Below, in pieces: positions 44,876-59,922 of a stretch of DNA of 64,000 nt (positions are counted from its first letter, which is position 1; each line of letters starts with the position of its first letter). The position numbers were made by a program, and so were the translations under genes. The notes beneath the pieces are model-generated. The model made no database searches. It was not told the origin of the DNA and worked only from the letters and a program-made list of their open reading frames with translations. This DNA is from Styela clava (lineage: Eukaryota). The stretch spans positions 2,108,001 through 2,172,000 of the forward strand of contig NC_135261.1 in the NCBI RefSeq assembly GCF_964204865.1. Direction: 5' to 3'.

Positions 44876-45605
44876 CACTTTATGAATGAACGGTTACATT
44901 AAGAGAGATTCGCTTAACAAGTACGAGATTCCGATCTCTATGCCCGTGCTCGCTCACGAAGTCTGGTAGATGTAAAATGGTTAGGTCTGCGATGTGTTCG
45001 ATGGTTTATATCGGTTTTACACTATGGCAACCTTTAGCATTGAAAGAGCCATCCTTTCAATTGAACTCAAACTTAATCGAAACCGCAACATCTAGGCTAC
45101 TCTAATGTCAGTGGATAATAACACTCCCGGAAAACCATTTATGATGCAATAATTTAGTTCTTACTACGGAGAAGCCTAAAATGCAATACTTCCGTCTACG
45201 AAGAGATAAGCTTGACAATGAAAAGAAAAAGTGTGTTTTGACAGATTTCACATGCGACTCTTTTTTACAGCTCGCGACTTATACTTTCGAAACCGCTGTG
45301 ACGCGTAATTAGCGCATTTCGTTCTATACCTCCCTTTTTATTGAATCCCTGCAGATTCTGACAAAGAACTAACGGCAAATAGCGGCATGCGGCTCCGTAG
45401 CCACTGGTTGTCGATAGCTATCTTAATTAAGGGATAAGAAAAAGGCTTAAAATCCAATTCTACTCATTAACCTTAACAGGAGCGGTAGAGCAAAATTGAA
45501 CAATTTAATATATGTAAAAGGTACAATGTTCAGTCGCCTCACTTGGCACAACAAGGCAAATTTTGGAACAGTGGGATTGAAATATAACCGTTAGGAAAAA
45601 GCGAG

Positions 45606-45678
45606 CGCCCGATAAAGGACTTGAACTCTTGACCGTTGAGTTAAAAGTCCAACGCTCTACTAACTGAGCTAACTGGGC
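45606..45678 (-). pseudogene. Variant tRNA-Lys* with extra stem mismatches
   Basis: T stem AAGAG/CCTTT; acceptor GCCCAGT. Confidence 0.65.
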
Positions 45679-45922
45679 GAACAGTTACAACAAGTCCATG
45701 TATCCACGAATAACTTGTCCTATGACTGGGAAAGGTTACCCAAATTTACCCAGAATAATATTCCCCCGCAGTAGATGAGCGTACACGGACAACACTTTTC
45801 TGAACGAACATTGACATTAAAGAGAGATTCGCCATTCCAGGTGCAATATTGGGGCTTTTACAGTTTGGCAACGACAAATAGACTTTTGTGACATCACCCA
45901 GATTATTTTGAAAAACAATAAA

Positions 45923-45939
45923 CGTCCCTGGGTGGGCTC

Positions 45940-45990
<51 letters not shown>

Positions 45991-45996
45991 AGAGAC
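45923..45996 (-). tRNA. tRNA-Asn(GTT)
   Basis: Identical to 41276-41349. Confidence 0.96.
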
Positions 45997-46939
45997 GAGG
46001 CCTTAAAACAGGCTGCACCTAAGGTTCACGATGATAACGATTAATTGTATTTACCTCCTGATAACCAAAGTCAGTGGCCCAGCTCAAAGCAATTGGTCCA
46101 GTAGTTAATAGAAAAGCGGTTTGGCACAACAACAAAAAGAAAAATACAAAATGAACAAACGATCCATCGCCATTTCGTGTCCAATAAATCTCAACAATGC
46201 AACGAAAGACAGTGAAACTTAGTTTAAATTGATTTAAAATTGTCCGGGTGACAAAATTCTATTTGTCGTTGTCGAACTATCAAATCCCAATATTGCACCT
46301 CAAATAGCGAATCTCTCTTAATGTAACCGTTTATTCAAAATATCGCACATGTTGGCAGCACCTTAAAAGTGTTCTCCGGGTGAGGTTCTTTCTGGTTGTT
46401 TCCCCGAGCATTGATTTCCTTATGTATGTCCGTAACCATGACCAATTGGGAATACGTCAACAATGACGTAACAATTGCAATTTATGTAGCCGCTCGGACA
46501 CTTCTTTGTCCAGACAGATATTGATGCATAAGTGTAAGTATATCTTTCTTATATTGATTTTGAGTTTAATTTGTCAGTTTTCAGCAGTGTTTCCAAAAAT
46601 GAGTTGTAAGTTGAATAACCTAATTGCAATTATGTCTTTTGAGCAGCTTTAGTTTTGTTGAAATATATTCAAAAATTAGTCCTAGAAAAGCTGTGATTTA
46701 AAAAAAATATGATGAACATGTAAACCAGTTCGCAAGCGCCAACTCTCCTAAACAATTTTAAAATAAGCATCAAAATTTTGCAATGGTAAAATAGGGGAAA
46801 GTTTTCTGGGGTCAAGGGTCAAGGAAACACTCATGTCTTTCCATATCTGTTGGAGGGGATGGGTATTTTAGGCGAATTTAGTAAACCATTCACGGACATG
46901 GGCCAAGGAATAGTTCACCGGTTATTTGTGCTGCTGCGA

Positions 46940-47012
46940 GCCCGGTCAGCTCAGTCGGTAGAGCGTTGGACTTTTAATCCAACGCTCAAGGGTTCGAGTC
47001 CCTTACCGGGCG
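46940..47012 (+). tRNA. tRNA-Lys(TTT), diverged copy (T8->C and others)
   Basis: gcccggtcagctcag...cgctcaagggttcgagtcccttaccgggcg. Confidence 0.7.
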
Positions 47013-47439
47013 TTATCTTTTCCCTCGACGATTTTATTTCAATCTCACTGGTCGTAAAATACTAATAAGGAAATTGAGATAAAAAAGAACAACAACGGCA
47101 TAATAACGAAACGATCGATACAAAAGTTATATACAACACTTCAACCACTTTTTGAGTACTGAAAAGGAAAATCGAGTTGTTCCATTAGTCACAGATAGGA
47201 GTGATTTTTCTCGGCAATAACTATCATCCCAAACAAGAACGGGATTTCTCTCTATATCATGCTCTCTTTATCTATATCATGATAAATTATAGGCACTTAG
47301 ACTAAATATTTTGATATCAAATTAATCAAAGCTGGCATTCCATTTTAAACTTTCCGTGGCAGAAAAATTTGACAACACGCAAAGCGAACAGACAGCATAT
47401 TGAGCATAAGCTAAAAGCTTACCGCTGAAAAAAAGCGAG

Positions 47440-47512
47440 CGCCCGATAAGGGACTTGAACCCTTGACCGTTGGATTAAAAGTCCAACGCTCTACCGACTG
47501 AGCTAACCGGGC
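47440..47512 (-). tRNA. tRNA-Lys(TTT)
   Basis: Canonical copy. Confidence 0.95.
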
Positions 47513-49298
47513 TCACATTAGCAACAAATCAGATTTGAATCTGAATCCAACTTGCTACGTTTGCAATTCTCATTTCAATTTATGCTATGTTACTCCTATA
47601 ATACAGCACTCACGAATTTTATTCACAATGAAGAATTTCATTTGAAATTTATTTATTAATTTTGCTTCCACTCAACACATTACTTCGTGATTGTTTACCT
47701 TAATCAAGCTATCTCGGCAAATGTAAACAAATCCCAAACGATAAGAATAGCCTAGACGTGTCGGCTAAAAAAGCTTTATATTGGAACTCACCATGCTAGC
47801 GGTGTGTTTATGTTACACAAGTTAGACGACCGAATGATATACGTTGGTATTTTTTTTAATCTTTTTATACTTGTTCGTGTGTGTAGGATTGGTAAATTGG
47901 CACGTGTATTTTTTACTTGTTTTGACTTTATTAAGAGCTTTACCAGTTTTACCAATAAATTTTGTGTTCATTGTTTGTGTAAGTTATTTTTTCGGGGAAA
48001 TCAAACTAATTTTTAACCTATTATATCCACGAATAACTTGATAGGTCCATGAAAGATTGCCCAAATTTTCCCAGAATTAGGCTTATCATATATCTGTGGC
48101 AAAAAAACGGGACAGTACGGATTGGGCAAGCCAACCTTTGTTCGATTCCGAGGCTCAATATTAGTAACTTTTTCCATATCCTTGTGGGCAGAATACGGGC
48201 GTCAAAATTAGCTCTTAATCATATCAAAATATCCGCTATTGGTTTTTGACTTCATTAAGGGAAATCGCTCTTTTATTCATTAGAATATTTTTTTTCACCT
48301 TTTGATGATTCAGCGACAGTACGGTTGGATGTTAAATTAATGCATGGTGTTCATACTTCTTATCATACTATGGCATAACAGTTTCTATCTCTATCTTAGG
48401 GTTGCCAACCGTCCTTTATTTCAAAGGACAATCCTTTATTTGAGATTTTTGTCTTTGTCCTTTTTAAGATGATAATTGTCCTTTATTTTTTCCAATATCG
48501 ATAGTTATAGTACTGTGGCTGCAGGCATTCGATCCCTTCCTTAGTCTGTTGATGGAATGCTAGCAGACGAATCTAATAACAATTCAATGCAGCGTGACTC
48601 GTGTTTCAATATTTTAATAGCATGAAAATCCAGCTTCCACAGGACAAAGTCCAGAAATAATGCAGTAATGTCATCAAACATGAAATATTGTGTTCCGGTT
48701 AAATGCTAATTGATAATTATAATGTTGAAACTGCGGTAACTGACATTGAATTCGGTGCTTCTCTGGCAGATTATTATAACAAACTGTGTAAACAAGAACA
48801 TAACAATTAATTACCTTTTTGTCAAAACAATATGCAACTGAACTCAATACCAGTACCGGTACATATCCTAAGCTCATATTTATACATGCAGATTCAAACA
48901 ACAAAATTTGACACTAGAATAATATTAATATAGCCATACACGTCTGAACTATACAAGGACAGCACTAACTCGTGTTACAGGCCAGAGACAGGAAATGACA
49001 TGTTTTCCAGAACATTCTAACTAAACGAAACATTCTAACTATGACGTCATACAATCTCGCCTGTCAATCATTAAAGACACTGCTGCAAACCGCTGCAGTA
49101 ACATGGCTCTCCTGCAAAACAATAACTACCTACTATGTTTTGCAATTATACAAATCGACTCTAAACCTTACTCAATGAACACATAAAATTGAACAGAGTA
49201 ACATTAAGAAAGAAACAGCACTATTTACACATAGATTCCTTACAAAATCTAAAGAAAATTACACTTGCGGAACCAACTCTCAATAATTACATATGGGA

Positions 49299-52200
49299 TT
49301 AATAACTAGTTTGCCGATTCATCGTTTCCTCTATCAAACAATTTTCAGTTTCCTCATCAGCTTTATATAATGAGCTTTTCCAACTCTGATCTTGTTGCCA
49401 AAGAAATTCTGGTCCTCTTAGCCAGCGAGAATCATAAAGAAGTTCTCTTGCACTTATGCCTCTTGAGGCGTCATCACTAGGATTCGCAGATGAATCGATG
49501 TAAAACCATGTATCAGATTTACTCAAATCGTGTATCTGTTGCACACGGTTAGCTACGAACACATGAAATCTTTTTGCCTCATTATTTATATAGACGAGAA
49601 CTACCTTGCTATCCACCCAATGAAAAACACTGATGTCCTTATACTCGAGCTCCCGAACAATTAGGTCACTCATTTTTGCTGAGATCACAGCTGCAGTCAG
49701 CTCCATTCTTGGTATTGTGATTTGCTTCAACGGGGCTACACGAGCCTTTCCCATAACAAAACTGCAATGAATCTCACCCCGCTCATTAGTCAGTCTCAAA
49801 TAAGTACACTGGCCATAACCAATTTCACTGGCATCCGAGAAACTATGAAGTTCAACAGAGCTGATACGGCCAAAGTCTTCAGGTTTATAACAGCGAGGAA
49901 TCTTCAGTCGCTCCAATTCTAGAATTACATTGCGCCATTTTTCCCACTTACTTCGCAAATAATTAGGCACTGGGTCATCCCAGTCATATTTTTCTTTGCA
50001 GAGTTCTTGTAAAATCATTTTTCCTCTTAAAACAACTGGTGCTAAAAATCCCGCAGGATCAAAAATAGAGCTCACCGAAGAGAGGATGTTTCTTCTAGTA
50101 AACGGAAGATCCTGTATTTCTATTTTGAACTGAAAATCGTCAGATTCAATACACCAGACAATACCCAAAGTTCTTTCAATTGGTAAAGGATCAACTGTGA
50201 CGTCCAGAGTTTTAATATCCTTAGCTCTTTCATCTTCTGGTATGGATTCAAGCACTTCGCGGTTATCAGATATGAATTTATGCAATTTGAGGCCAGCACT
50301 GGCACAGAGTGCTTGACTCTGTTGAATTAAATCAACTGCTTCTTCAACTGTAGCCACAGACTTCAACCCATCATCCATATAGAAATCCTGTCGAATATAG
50401 TTAGCTGCCGCTTCTCCGTATTCGGCTTCTCCTTCATCAGCACATCGTTTTAAACCAAAGTTTGCACAACCTGGACTGCTGGCTGCTCCAAATGGATGAC
50501 TTTTCATTCGAAATTCTACGATACGTCTGTTAAAGTTGCTATCTTCCCACCATAAGAACCGTAGGAGATTTCTGTCATCTTCTTTTACATAAAATTGGTG
50601 GAACATGGACTTAATATCGCTTACTACTGCAATAGAATCTTGCCTGAATCTCCACAAAATTCCAACCAAATTTGACATTAAATTCGGACCCTGCAAAAGG
50701 TAGTCATTTAGTGAAACACCAGCGTAGACCGCAGAGCAATCAAATATAACTCTGATTTGATCAGTTTTCCATTCATGGTAAATTCCAGAGTGAGGTATGT
50801 AGTTAACTTTACCATTGAGCAGCAACAATTCTTCATCTGGGACCCTTTCGGCACAATCTCGAAGTGTGTTTTCCATGAATTCAACATAGTCATTTTTAAA
50901 TCTTTCATCTTTCAGCAGTCTCCTTTTAAGTTGGAGCAGTCTACCCAATGCTAGTGATCTATTATTTGGTAATGAAACTTCCCTAGACTTTAAAGGCAGA
51001 GGGCATTTCGAAATGACCATCATTGGTTCTGACTATATTTTCTGATGAAATTTTCAAAAATCGAGAGTCATCAATGGAAAGCTCGCTGTATTTATTTTCA
51101 CGCTCTGTGAATTCTAGCTCCGGCATTCGCTGTAGATGGTGAGGCTCAATAATTTCTTTTGTCTTTGTCAATAAAGCAAATCTGCATGTTACTTCATGAT
51201 AAATATCTACATCATGGTTGCTTACATCAGTATCAATCAGATGAGAAACAGCTGGTTTGAGTGAAGACCTCCGCACTGCTCCAACAATTCCCCAGCCCAG
51301 AATTGACCTTTGAGCATATGGCTGGTCATCATGGCCAGCAATTATTTCTCTAGGTCTCAGTACACTAGGAATGTTGTTCCCAAGCAATAATCCAACTGGA
51401 ACGATTGGATGATATGGTAAAATTAGATCAGCAATTTTTTCTAAATGAGGCCATGCCCTTGCCTTATCTGGTGTGGGTATTTGTGATCGTCTAATTGGAA
51501 TTTCTTCTCGAGTGTACACCGGTGGCAATCCTATACACACTTTACGATCATAGCTGAGCACTTCCAAACATGATACTTTTCTAGTTGCAATGGCCACATT
51601 GCTTTTGAACATTGTTGATAGAGTTATGCTGGTTTCGTGTCCCTTGACACCAAGTTCTTCCTGGACCTGATGACTGATGAAGCCTGTATTAGATTGCTCA
51701 TCTAGAATGCAATAAGACAAAACTTCCTTACTATGATCACCTTTATCTCTGATCCATACTGGAAGTATCATAGATAAGTCACATTCGATGTCATGCAATT
51801 GGTCAATCTTGTTACTGGTCGTAGTGCATAAAGATGTGGTCTGCTCTGACGTCTTTTGTTTTTCTGCTTGATGAAAACAAGTCATATGAGTTTTCTGGCA
51901 TATTTTGCACTTCGCCTTATCTTTACAATTTCGTGCAAAATGACCGCTTCCAGAGCCACACGCAAAACAAAGATTTTTGCTTAGAATGAATTGTTTCTTG
52001 TCCATCCTTGATAAACTAATGAACTTCTCACAATCTTGGAGAAAATGATCCTTATTACAAAATTTACATTGTGATTTACACTCTTCTTTTGTTGAAGTGG
52101 ATAGCACCACAACCTTGGATCTTCTGTTTGACATATCGGCTTTGTGATACGATGCTCTAGATTCTTTTTTGAGATCACTCAATTCTGGAATGTTGGCATT

Positions 52201-52341
52201 CTCTGCTTGATCGTACACAAATCTTACAATAACATCAAAAGATGGATAAGCATTTTCATTTTTCTTTACTTGTTTATACTTTCTAACTTCAATTCTCCAC
52301 AAGTTTATAACGTCATATGGCAACTTTGTTGGCAACAACAA
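49299..52341 (-). pseudogene. Bel/Pao PR-RT-RNase H region, frameshifted
   Basis: An extra G at ~51001 splits it into ORFs 50983-52341 and 49299-51023. Confidence 0.85.
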
Positions 52342-54055
52342 TATTCGTATTTTCTTGGGAGTAATCCAGAATACCCAAACACTGAAACCGCCTTTTTGCA
52401 GCCAGAAGTTGATTTAGGAAGTCAGAAAACCTTCTTATGCTAATTGGGTCATGTGGTGCTATATTGGGCCATTCTTTCAATTTAGTAGCAAACGCTTTAC
52501 TTATCAAATTTGAATTCCCATACCTTCGCTTCAGCTCCTCCTTTGCCATTACATATGCATCTTCGGTCTGAAGTAACAAATAACCTTGCACAAGTTCTTT
52601 CGGCTCACCGCTCAAATATTGGCTGAGCAAATTCAACTTTTGTTCTACACATGCCGCTTTGTTATCAACTAAACCATTGAATGCAGTCTCCCATGATGGA
52701 TATTTAATAATTTCCCCAGTGAATACTTCAATTTTGATTTCTGGAAGTCTATATTGAGCTCCTCTATCTGCTGATCTATTACATGTTGTCTTAATTCCAC
52801 TGGAAAAGGGGTGATTGTTGACAATGTTTTGACCATTGAGCTGGCTTAGCAAGTTATCACCTTGTCTCACAGTAGAATACAGGCTTTGTGGAGATGGTAA
52901 ATTGCTCATTGGTGCATACCCATATGAAAATGGAACACTTTGCATGGCATTTTGTGTGTAACATTGACCGTCGATTGGAAGGTGCTGCACGAGAGAATTT
53001 ACAAATTGTGGATGTGATGAGCAAATTACGGTTGATGGTGTTTGCAAATGTCTTGTTGAACCAGAAACAGAATAAACATAACTAGCTGATGTTGGTAAAG
53101 ATGGCTCTCCGTGACATATTGGCAACTTGGAAGCCCCATCTAATTTCCGTTCGGTTAATTTCAAAGACTTGGTACTCTCTAATTGTGATAGAGATGGCTC
53201 TCCATGGCATATTGGCAACTTAGATGTCTCACCTAAATTTTGATTGGTTAATTTCAACTGCTTGGTACCTTCCAGTTGTAATAGCAATGGCTCTCCATGG
53301 CAACTTGGCAACTTAGATGTCTCATCTAAATTTTGATTGGTTAATTTCAACTGCTTGGTACCTTCCAGTTGTAATAGCAATGGCTCTCCATGGCAACTTG
53401 GCAACTTAGATGTCTCATCTAAATTTTGATTGGTTAATTTCAACTGCTTGGTACCTTCCAGTTGTAATAGCAATGGCTCTCCATGGCAACTTGACGACTC
53501 TGGAACCTTACCAGAGTCCTGACTGGCTATAGCCGAGAGCTCATTACTTTCCAGTTGAAGTTTCACTTCTTCTTCATCAAGAACAGATAGGCAGGCTTCA
53601 TTTACTTCAATTTCTCTTCGAAGCTTAAGATTGCTCATTGATGACTGGAACTCCTTCATTAGTCTATCCTCCTCTTGCTGATACTTTTGCTTTACTTTCA
53701 GGTCAGCAAGATTTGTTTTATATTTCAGTCTAAGTGAAACAAGGCTGGAGTTGCTTTGTTGAGAATTGAGAAATTGAACTTTTTTCTGTTTTGTGACTCA
53801 ATTAGAGCAAGCAGAACCAGTAATTGAAAGTGCATCATCTTCACCTTTCATCTCATCAGTTAAATGCTGAACTTGTTTGGAAAGGCACCTTAAATCCACA
53901 TTGGGTATATCGCTCATTGTTTCTTCTATTTCTTTTGACATACCACTCGAAGATGCAAGCAACTCGGAATTGACATCAGAATTGACATAATTTGGATTGT
54001 CAGCTGTTGGTGTGAACTTTGATATTCCTTCTTCTCGGTTGTCTTGACTTGCCAT
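52313..54055 (-). pseudogene. Bel/Pao gag region, copy 3, with three 93-bp repeat units
   Basis: ORFs 52313-53659 and 53798-54055; indels at ~53760-53800. Confidence 0.8.
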
Positions 54056-54891
54056 TATTCCGTTGACTGTTATTGTTGTTAATTCTGTAAATATTCCTGA
54101 TGACTCGAATCTGACAGTTCAGCAGACCTATTGTCAGTTACTGTGGCTGCAGGCATTTGATCCCTTCCTTAGTCTGTTGATGGAATGCTAGCAGACGAAT
54201 CTAATAACAATTCAATGCAGCTTGACTCGTGTTTCAATATTTTAATAGCATGAAAATCCAGCTTCCACAGGACAAAGTCCAGAAATAATGCAGTAATGTC
54301 ATCAAACATGAAATATTGTGTTCCGGTTAAATGCTAATTGATAATTATAATGTTGAAACTGCGGTAACTGACATTGAATTCGGTGCTTCTCTGGCAGATT
54401 ATTATAACAAACTGTGTAAACAAGAACATAACAATTAATTACCTTTTTGTCAAAACAATATGCAACTGAACTCAATACCAGTACCGGTACATATCCTAAG
54501 CTCATATTTATACATGCAGATTCAAACAACAAAATTTGACACTAGAATAATATTAAAATAGCCATACACGTCTGAACTATACAAGGACAGCACTAACTCG
54601 TGTTACAGGCCAGAGACAGGAAATGACATGTTTTCCAGAACATTCTAACTAAACGAAACATTCTAACTATGACGTCATACAATCTCGCCTGTCAATCATT
54701 AAAGACACTGCTGCAAACCGCTGCAGTAACAAGTACTGTGTTTGATATTGTTCCGTTCTTAAACCGCCTCCGTTTATTTGAAGCTTTTAGTTATTCTTTT
54801 TAATTTCGCTTTGGTTCGGCTCAAATAGCCAAAGAAATACCAATTTTATTAACATTCCAAATATTTTACATTAATTTTCCGAAGATGGCAA

Positions 54892-56065
54892 GTGGCAACA
54901 CGAACTAATGCTTCAAATCACAAAAACATGAAAATGTTTCAAGTCTGTGTTCAGTATTTTAGCTTGAAACATGGCACAGTTACTTATATTGTCGATTTCT
55001 TGGAGAATGCGGATGAAAGTGCTGATGGAATGTTTACTTGTTTGAAAAACACTATGAACAATTTGCAACTAGATTGGAAAAGAGTTTCTTGTTTAAGTGC
55101 AGATAACGCAAATTGCAACTTTGGAGAAAAACATCCTCTTTATATATACTAATGTTCGCACACTAAATGATGGTATTATTAAGGCTAACTGCACTGCACA
55201 CATTGTACACAATACATTGAAATTTGCTTTATGAAATTTGAATGTTGACATTGAAAATATTGTCTTGAAAATTTACAGTCATGTCTCAATGTCAGCAAAG
55301 AGGCGAGAAACTTATATAATTTCATATATTTGTAGAGACCGAATTTCATGAAATTCTGCGCCATGTACCTACTAGATAGCTATCTCTGCACCCATGCATG
55401 GAAATATTCCTACTTTCTTGGAAAGCTTCAAGTTCTTATTTCTTGAGCAGACCAGCTGAATGTTCCAAACAATTACTTAAACTTCTTATGATTGACAATG
55501 AGTTAACAGAAGTTCCTCAGCTTATTGAAATGAATTTAATATTCTCACAACATGTAATGGATATATTTAAATCAGCTGTTCAAGAACTGGGAAAAATGAA
55601 ACTTCAACAGCAGATGTTTTCATTATGCTCACTGAATTAAGAAATAGGTTAAAATCTCGATCTGATGAAGAATTTTTTGGGTATGATGTTCACCACCTTC
55701 TTGCAAATGTGAGTGCTGCTGAAGCTCAAAAGGCAACTGAAGATTTTAGATTATTTCTCAACTCTGCAATAACGTATTTAGAAAAAAGATTTGACTTTGA
55801 TGAAAATTCAACATTTGGAAAATTATTAAAATTATCTCTTTTGGATAATTCTTCTCCAAAATATCAGACACTTGTAAAAATTGTAGAGCATTTGAAGCTA
55901 AAAGACAAACTTAATTTGAATATGAATACAACAACTAATGAAAAGTGAGCTTTTAATAATATACTTCAACTTGAAAGACATGTGTCGTGAATTTTCGTAA
56001 AAAAATAAAACGTGACCCACAATTGCTGAAGTCAGCTAAGTGTCAGAACGAATATAACTTTAGGA
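54892..56065 (+). pseudogene. hAT transposase relic, copy 2
   Basis: Paralog of 32505-33680. Confidence 0.8.
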
Positions 56066-56858
56066 ATTATAAACTTATGCAACTGGAAAATTAGAGCTTG
56101 ATTGGGTCAATGTTAAATAAAAATTAAATGAAAAACACATGAAAATTTTTTAACATATCTTTTTAGCTTGTATATAATTTGTATTTCATTGTTTTATATT
56201 GTTCTTTCCTGCAAGTTACAAAATAAATGATGACGGTAATCTATGTCCTTTATTGAGACTTTTCATAGTTGGCAACCCGACTCTATCTAAACTAGTGAAG
56301 TAAGTTGCACAGCGGTGGTATATCGGCTGCCTCCATTAAAAGAAATTTGTATTATCATTAAATAAAAAAAATGTTGTCATACTGCATAACCGGGACATTT
56401 GGGTCAAGCGGGCGGGACAACTTGCTAAAATCGGGACTGTCCCGGCTACACCGGGACGTATGGTAAGCCTACCTAGAATAACCTTCCACCCGGGACAACA
56501 CTTTTTGAATGAACGGTTACATTAAGAGAGATTCTCTTAACAAGTACGAGATTCCAATCTCTATGCCCGTGCTCGCTCACGAAGTGATGACCGGTAAATG
56601 TAAAATGCTTAGGTCTGCGATGTGCTCAATGTATGTCCATGTCCATGTAATCCACGAATAACTGGGAAAGGTTACCCAAATTTACCCAGAATAAGATTCC
56701 CCCGCAGTAGATGAGCGTACGCGGACAGCACTTTTCTGAACGAACATTGACATTAAAGAGAGATTCGCCATTCCAGGTGCAATATTGGGGCTATTACAGT
56801 TTGGCAACGACAAATAGACTTTTGTGACATCACCCAGATTATTTTTAAAAACAATAAA

Positions 56859-56875
56859 CGTCCCTGGGTGGGCTC

Positions 56876-56926
<51 letters not shown>

Positions 56927-56932
56927 AGAGAC
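56859..56932 (-). tRNA. tRNA-Asn(GTT)
   Basis: Canonical copy. Confidence 0.96.
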
Positions 56933-58089
56933 GAGGCATTAAACCAGGCTGCTCCTAAGGTTTACGATGATAACGATTAATTGTATTTACCTCCTGATAA
57001 CCAAAGTTAGTGGCCCAGCCTTCTTGAAGAAATTTATCTCTTTGCCTATTTAGAAACTCTTTATTCGTCCCTTACTATGGAAGTAAGAATTAGGCTGTAA
57101 CAGATTGCCTACTCGTATTAATTCGTTTTGGCTTCCGTGTCCCTATATTTGCGCATTGCTCTCCTCTTAATTAAACTAACGTCAATAATATAGTAACAAA
57201 ACTAGGAACTTCAGCTGAAAATTTCAAAGCAATTGGTCCAGTAGTTAATAGAAAAGCGGTTTGGCACAACAACAAAAAAAAAATACAAAATGAACAAACG
57301 ATCCATCGCCATTTTGTGTCCAATAAATCTCAACAATGCAACGAAAGACAGTGAAACTTAGTTTATATTGATCTAAAATTGTCCGGGTGACAAAATTCTA
57401 TTTGTCGTTGTCGAGCTATCAGAGCCCAATATTGCACCTCGAATAGCGAATCTCTCTTAATGTAACCGTTTATTCAAAATATCGCACATGTTGGCAGCAC
57501 CTTAAAAGTGTTCTCCGGGTGAGGTTCTTTCTGGTTGTTTCCCCGAGCATTGATTTCCTTATTTATGTCTGTAACAATGACCAATTGGGAATACGTCAAC
57601 AATGACGTAACAATTGCAATTTATGTAGCCGCTCGGACACTTCTTTAGTTCAGACAGATATTGATGCATATGTGTAAGTATTGCTTTCTTATATTGATTT
57701 TGAGTTTAATTTGTCAGTTTTCAGCAGTGTTTCCGAAAATGAGTTGTAAGTTAAATAACCTAATTACAATTAGGTCTTTTGAGCAGCTTTAGTTTTGTTG
57801 AAATATATTCAAGAATTAGTCCTAGAAAAGCTGTGATTTAAAAAAAATATGATGAACATGTAAACTAGTTCGCAAGCGCCAACTCTCCTAAACCCTTTTA
57901 AAATAAGCATCAAAATTTTGCAATGGTAAAGTAGGTGTAAAATTTCAAGGGTCAAGGAAACACCCATGTCTTTCCATAACTGTTGGAGGGGACGGTTATT
58001 TTAGGCGAATTCAGTAAACCATTCACGGACATGGGCCAAGGAATAGTTCACCGGTTATTTGTCGATACATAAACCTGGGGCTGCTGCGG

Positions 58090-58162
58090 GCCCGGTTAGC
58101 TCAGTCGGTAGAGCGTTGGACTTTTAATCCAACGGTCAAGGGTTCAAGTCCCTTATCGGGCG
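58090..58162 (+). tRNA. tRNA-Lys(TTT)
   Basis: Canonical copy. Confidence 0.95.
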
Positions 58163-58967
58163 TTGTCTTTTCCCTCGACGATCTTATTTCAATCTCACTG
58201 GTCGTAAAATACTAATAAGGAAATTGAGATAAAAAAAAGAACAACAACAGCATAATAACGAAAGATCCACACACAGATCGTCCACTTGTCCAATAAAAGT
58301 TATATACAACACTTCAACCACTTTTTGAGTACTGAAAAAGGAAAATCGATTTGTTCCATTAGTCACAGATAGGAGTGATTTTTCTCGGCAATAACTATCA
58401 TCCCAAACAAGCACGGGATTTCTCTCTATATCATGCTCTCTTTATCTATATCATGATAAATTATAGACACTTAGGCTAAATATTTTGATATCAAATCAAT
58501 CAAAGCTGGCATTCCATTTTAAACTTTTCCGTGGCTGGCAGAAAATGTTGACAACACGCAAAGCGAACAGACAGCATATTGAGCATAAGCTAAAAGCTTA
58601 AAGTGGTGAAATGCGAATTCTGGTTGTGTCATTTGCGCGAACAAACTTTGTAGTTTTGCGAGAACTTTGGGCGCGGAATATTTATGTAAACCGTAAATAT
58701 TTGTGGTCAGCAATTTTTGCAGGAATGCATTTACTTATATGAGAAATCATTTTAAAAATGTATATTAAAGATAATAAACCTTTGTGCAAATAGATTTTCG
58801 CAAGAACGAAATTTTACGATTATAAATTTCAATGGAAAACCTTCTGGGAGAAGACCTTACTATCTGTTAGTTGGGGCTTTTGTGTGCTGGATATTTTTGA
58901 GGTTAGGTGCTAGACTTGACATTTTTAAACAGTAAGATTGAAACAACCACCGTTGAAAAAAAGTGAG

Positions 58968-59040
58968 CACCCGATAAGGGACTTGAACCCTTGACCGTTG
59001 GATTAAAAGTCCAACGCTCTACCGACTGAGCTAACCGGGC
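58968..59040 (-). tRNA. tRNA-Lys(TTT)
   Basis: C72->T (G1:U72), otherwise canonical. Confidence 0.88.
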
Positions 59041-59922
59041 TCACAATAACAACAAATCAGATTTGAATCTGAATCCAACTTGCTACGTTTGCAATTCTCA
59101 TTTCAATTTCCCAAAGATCTAAAGAGGAAAAATGATGAAGCTGTTTGTATGGAACTATGTTGCGCCTACAACACAGCACTCACGAATTTTATTCACAATG
59201 AGGAATTTCATTTAAAATTTATTTATTAATTTTGCTTCCACTCAACACATTACTTCGTGATTGTTTAGAATAGCCTAGACGTGTCGGCTGAAAAAGCTTT
59301 ATATTTGAACTCACCATGCTAGCGGTGTGTTTATGTTACACAAGTTAGACGACCGAATGATATACGTTGGTATTTTTTTTAATCTTTTTATACTTGTTCG
59401 TGTGTGTAGGATTGGTAAATTGGCACGTGTATTTTTTACATGTTTTGACTTTATTAAAAGCTTTACCAGTTTTACCAATAAATTTTGTGTTCATTGCTTG
59501 TGTAAGTTATTTTTTCGGGGAAATCAAACTAATTTTTTAATTATATCCACGAATAACTTGAAAGGTCCATGAAAGATTGCCCAAATTTACTCAGAATTAG
59601 GCTTACCATATATCTGTGGCAAAAAAAACGGGACAGTACGGATTGGGCAAGCCAACCTTTGTTCGATTCCGAGGCTCAATATTAGTGAACTTTTTCCATA
59701 TCCTTGTGGGCAGAATACGGGCGTCAAAATTAGCTCTTAATCATATTAAAATATCCACTATTGGTTTTTGACTCCATTAGGGGAAATCGCTCTTTTACTC
59801 ATTAGAATATTTTTTTTCACATTTTGATGATTCAGCGACAGTACGGTTGGATGTTAAATTAATGCACGCTCTTCATACTTCATATCATACTATGGCTTAA
59901 CAGTTTCTATCTCTATCTAAAC

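Larger units (their letters stand above)
48514..54731 (-). mobile_element. Bel/Pao LTR retrotransposon, single copy, no integrase
   Basis: LTRs 48514-49103 and 54142-54731; TSD AGTAC at 48509-48513 and 54732-54736. Confidence 0.93.
48397..56280 (+). mobile_element. Blackjack-like hAT, second copy with Bel/Pao insertion
   Basis: TIRs TAGGGTTGCCAAC / GTTGGCAACCCGA; TSD CTCTATCT at 48389-48396 and 56281-56288. Confidence 0.9.
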